The notes below the pieces were generated by a model. The model was not told the DNA's origin, searched no databases, and saw nothing but the letters and a program-made list of their open reading frames with translations. 64,000 nucleotides of DNA, taken from sequence record SRR20825010_4284; one strand, written 5' to 3'. This document shows, piece by piece, positions 63,103 through 64,000 of this stretch. The position numbers and the translations under genes were made by a program. Each line of letters opens with the position of its first letter. Position 1 is the stretch's first letter.

Positions 63103-63576
63103 ATGCGAGTTCGCGAACTACTGACTCTGGCCCGCACCCATCATGGCGTGCAGGCCAGCAGCAAGAAACAACTGCTGGATCAGGTTGCACAGCTGGCCGC
63201 GGCCAGCTGTGACAGCCTCAATGAACAGGAGGTCTTCGATGCGCTGGTGGCCCGGGAAAAACTCGGTTCCACCGGCATTGGCGAAGGCATTGCCATTCCC
63301 CACTGCCGGCTCGGACACTGCCAGCAAGCGGTCGGCCTGTTATTGAAACTGGAAAACCCCATCGATTTCGACGCCGTTGACGGACACCCCGTGGACCTGG
63401 TGTTTGTGTTGCTGGTCCCCCAGGACAACCCGGAACAGCATCTCAAGACACTCAGCCACCTGGCATCCCTGTTCAACGACGACAGCTACCGTGCGGAACT
63501 GCGCCACAGCACCGATAACCAACACCTCTATCAAACAGCCGTAGAGTCCGAAGCGGAGTTGCGACTGGCATCATGA
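63103..63576 (+). CDS. ptsN: PTS IIA-like nitrogen regulatory protein
   Basis: REKLGSTGIGEGIAIPH, IDFDAVDG.PVDL. Confidence 0.95.
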   Translation: MRVRELLTLARTHHGVQASSKKQLLDQVAQLAAASCDSLNEQEVFDALVAREKLGSTGIGEGIAIPHCRLGHCQQAVGLLLKLENPIDFDAVDGHPVDLVFVLLVPQDNPEQHLKTLSHLASLFNDDSYRAELRHSTDNQHLYQTAVESEAELRLAS

Positions 63577-63577
63577 A

Positions 63578-63673
63578 GGAACGCAACAAGCTTTCACGCA
63601 TCATGCAACACGCCCTAAACACCCCCTTGTCTATCGATTTTGCGTGCCAGCGTGCTGCGTGTGGCGTGCCAGC
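63578..63673. repeat. Inverted pair of NNCACGC heptamer arms between ptsN and rapZ
   Basis: Plus arm GGAACGC AACAAGC (T)TTCACGC ATCATGC AACACGC; minus arm GGCACGC CACACGC AGCACGC (T)GGCACGC. Confidence 0.75.
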
Positions 63674-63682
63674 GGTGAAACC

Positions 63683-64000
63683 ATGAAACTCACCATTATC
63701 AGTGGCCGTTCCGGGTCCGGGAAAACCACCGCGCTGCAAGCGCTGGAGGACCAGGGTTTTTATTGTGTCGACAACCTGCCCGCCGGCATGCTGCCGACAC
63801 TGGCGAAACAGCTCAGCGAGGGCGAACCGCCGATTGAGCGGGTCGCTGTGGGCATTGATGCCCGCAACCTCCCCGCCCAGCTACTGGCTTTCGACAACAT
63901 CCTTGAAGCCTTGAACGAACAGCAGGTGGGCAGTGAAATCATCTACCTGGACGCAGATGACCACACCCTGCAGACCCGCTTCAGCGCCACCCGTCGCCGC
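63683..64000 (+). CDS. rapZ: RNase adapter RapZ (5' part, runs off the window end)
   Basis: My translation: MKLTIISGRSGSGKTTALQALEDQGFYCVDNLP...VAVGIDARN; follows ptsN. Not in the ORF track. Confidence 0.95.
   Translation, partial: MKLTIISGRSGSGKTTALQALEDQGFYCVDNLPAGMLPTLAKQLSEGEPPIERVAVGIDARNLPAQLLAFDNILEALNEQQVGSEIIYLDADDHTLQTRFSATRRR

Overview
This is a GC-rich gammaproteobacterial chromosome segment. Protein style and gene order suggest Alcanivorax or another member of the Oceanospirillales (inference). Most of it is conserved core genome: mutT-argJ-secA, lpxC, the full dcw cluster (mraZ to ftsZ), rnpB, rsmI/lpoA-yraN-gmhA(diaA)-dolP, sspAB, petABC, rplM-rpsI, zapE/zapG, nif3, algW, hisGDC, murA-ibaG-mlaC and kdsDC-lptCAB-rpoN-hpf-ptsN-rapZ (partial). 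Accessory genes are an ODP-like di-iron metallo-beta-lactamase-fold protein, a TetR/flavin-oxidoreductase/SGNH operon, an outer-membrane barrel, FadL, a lipid kinase and a DUF4139/MuiA-like protein. The strongest unexplained signal is non-coding. About a dozen intergenic regions carry short degenerate tandem arrays with 7-nt period (families NNCACGC, NAGCKDC, NAGTTGA, GTTGAAA), and one has 9-nt period (CACNGAGNN). They usually begin at a stop codon, often form inward-facing inverted pairs around a hairpin, and in two genes (rsmI, hisC) supply the stop codon. Two REP/REPIN families are also present. Other points: mlaFEDB is missing from its usual locus, there is an Fnr/Anr-type promoter upstream of the ODP gene and a CRP-like palindrome in the mraZ leader, and several single-base changes hit near-invariant protein motifs. 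No transposase, integrase, CRISPR array, tRNA or rRNA was seen.
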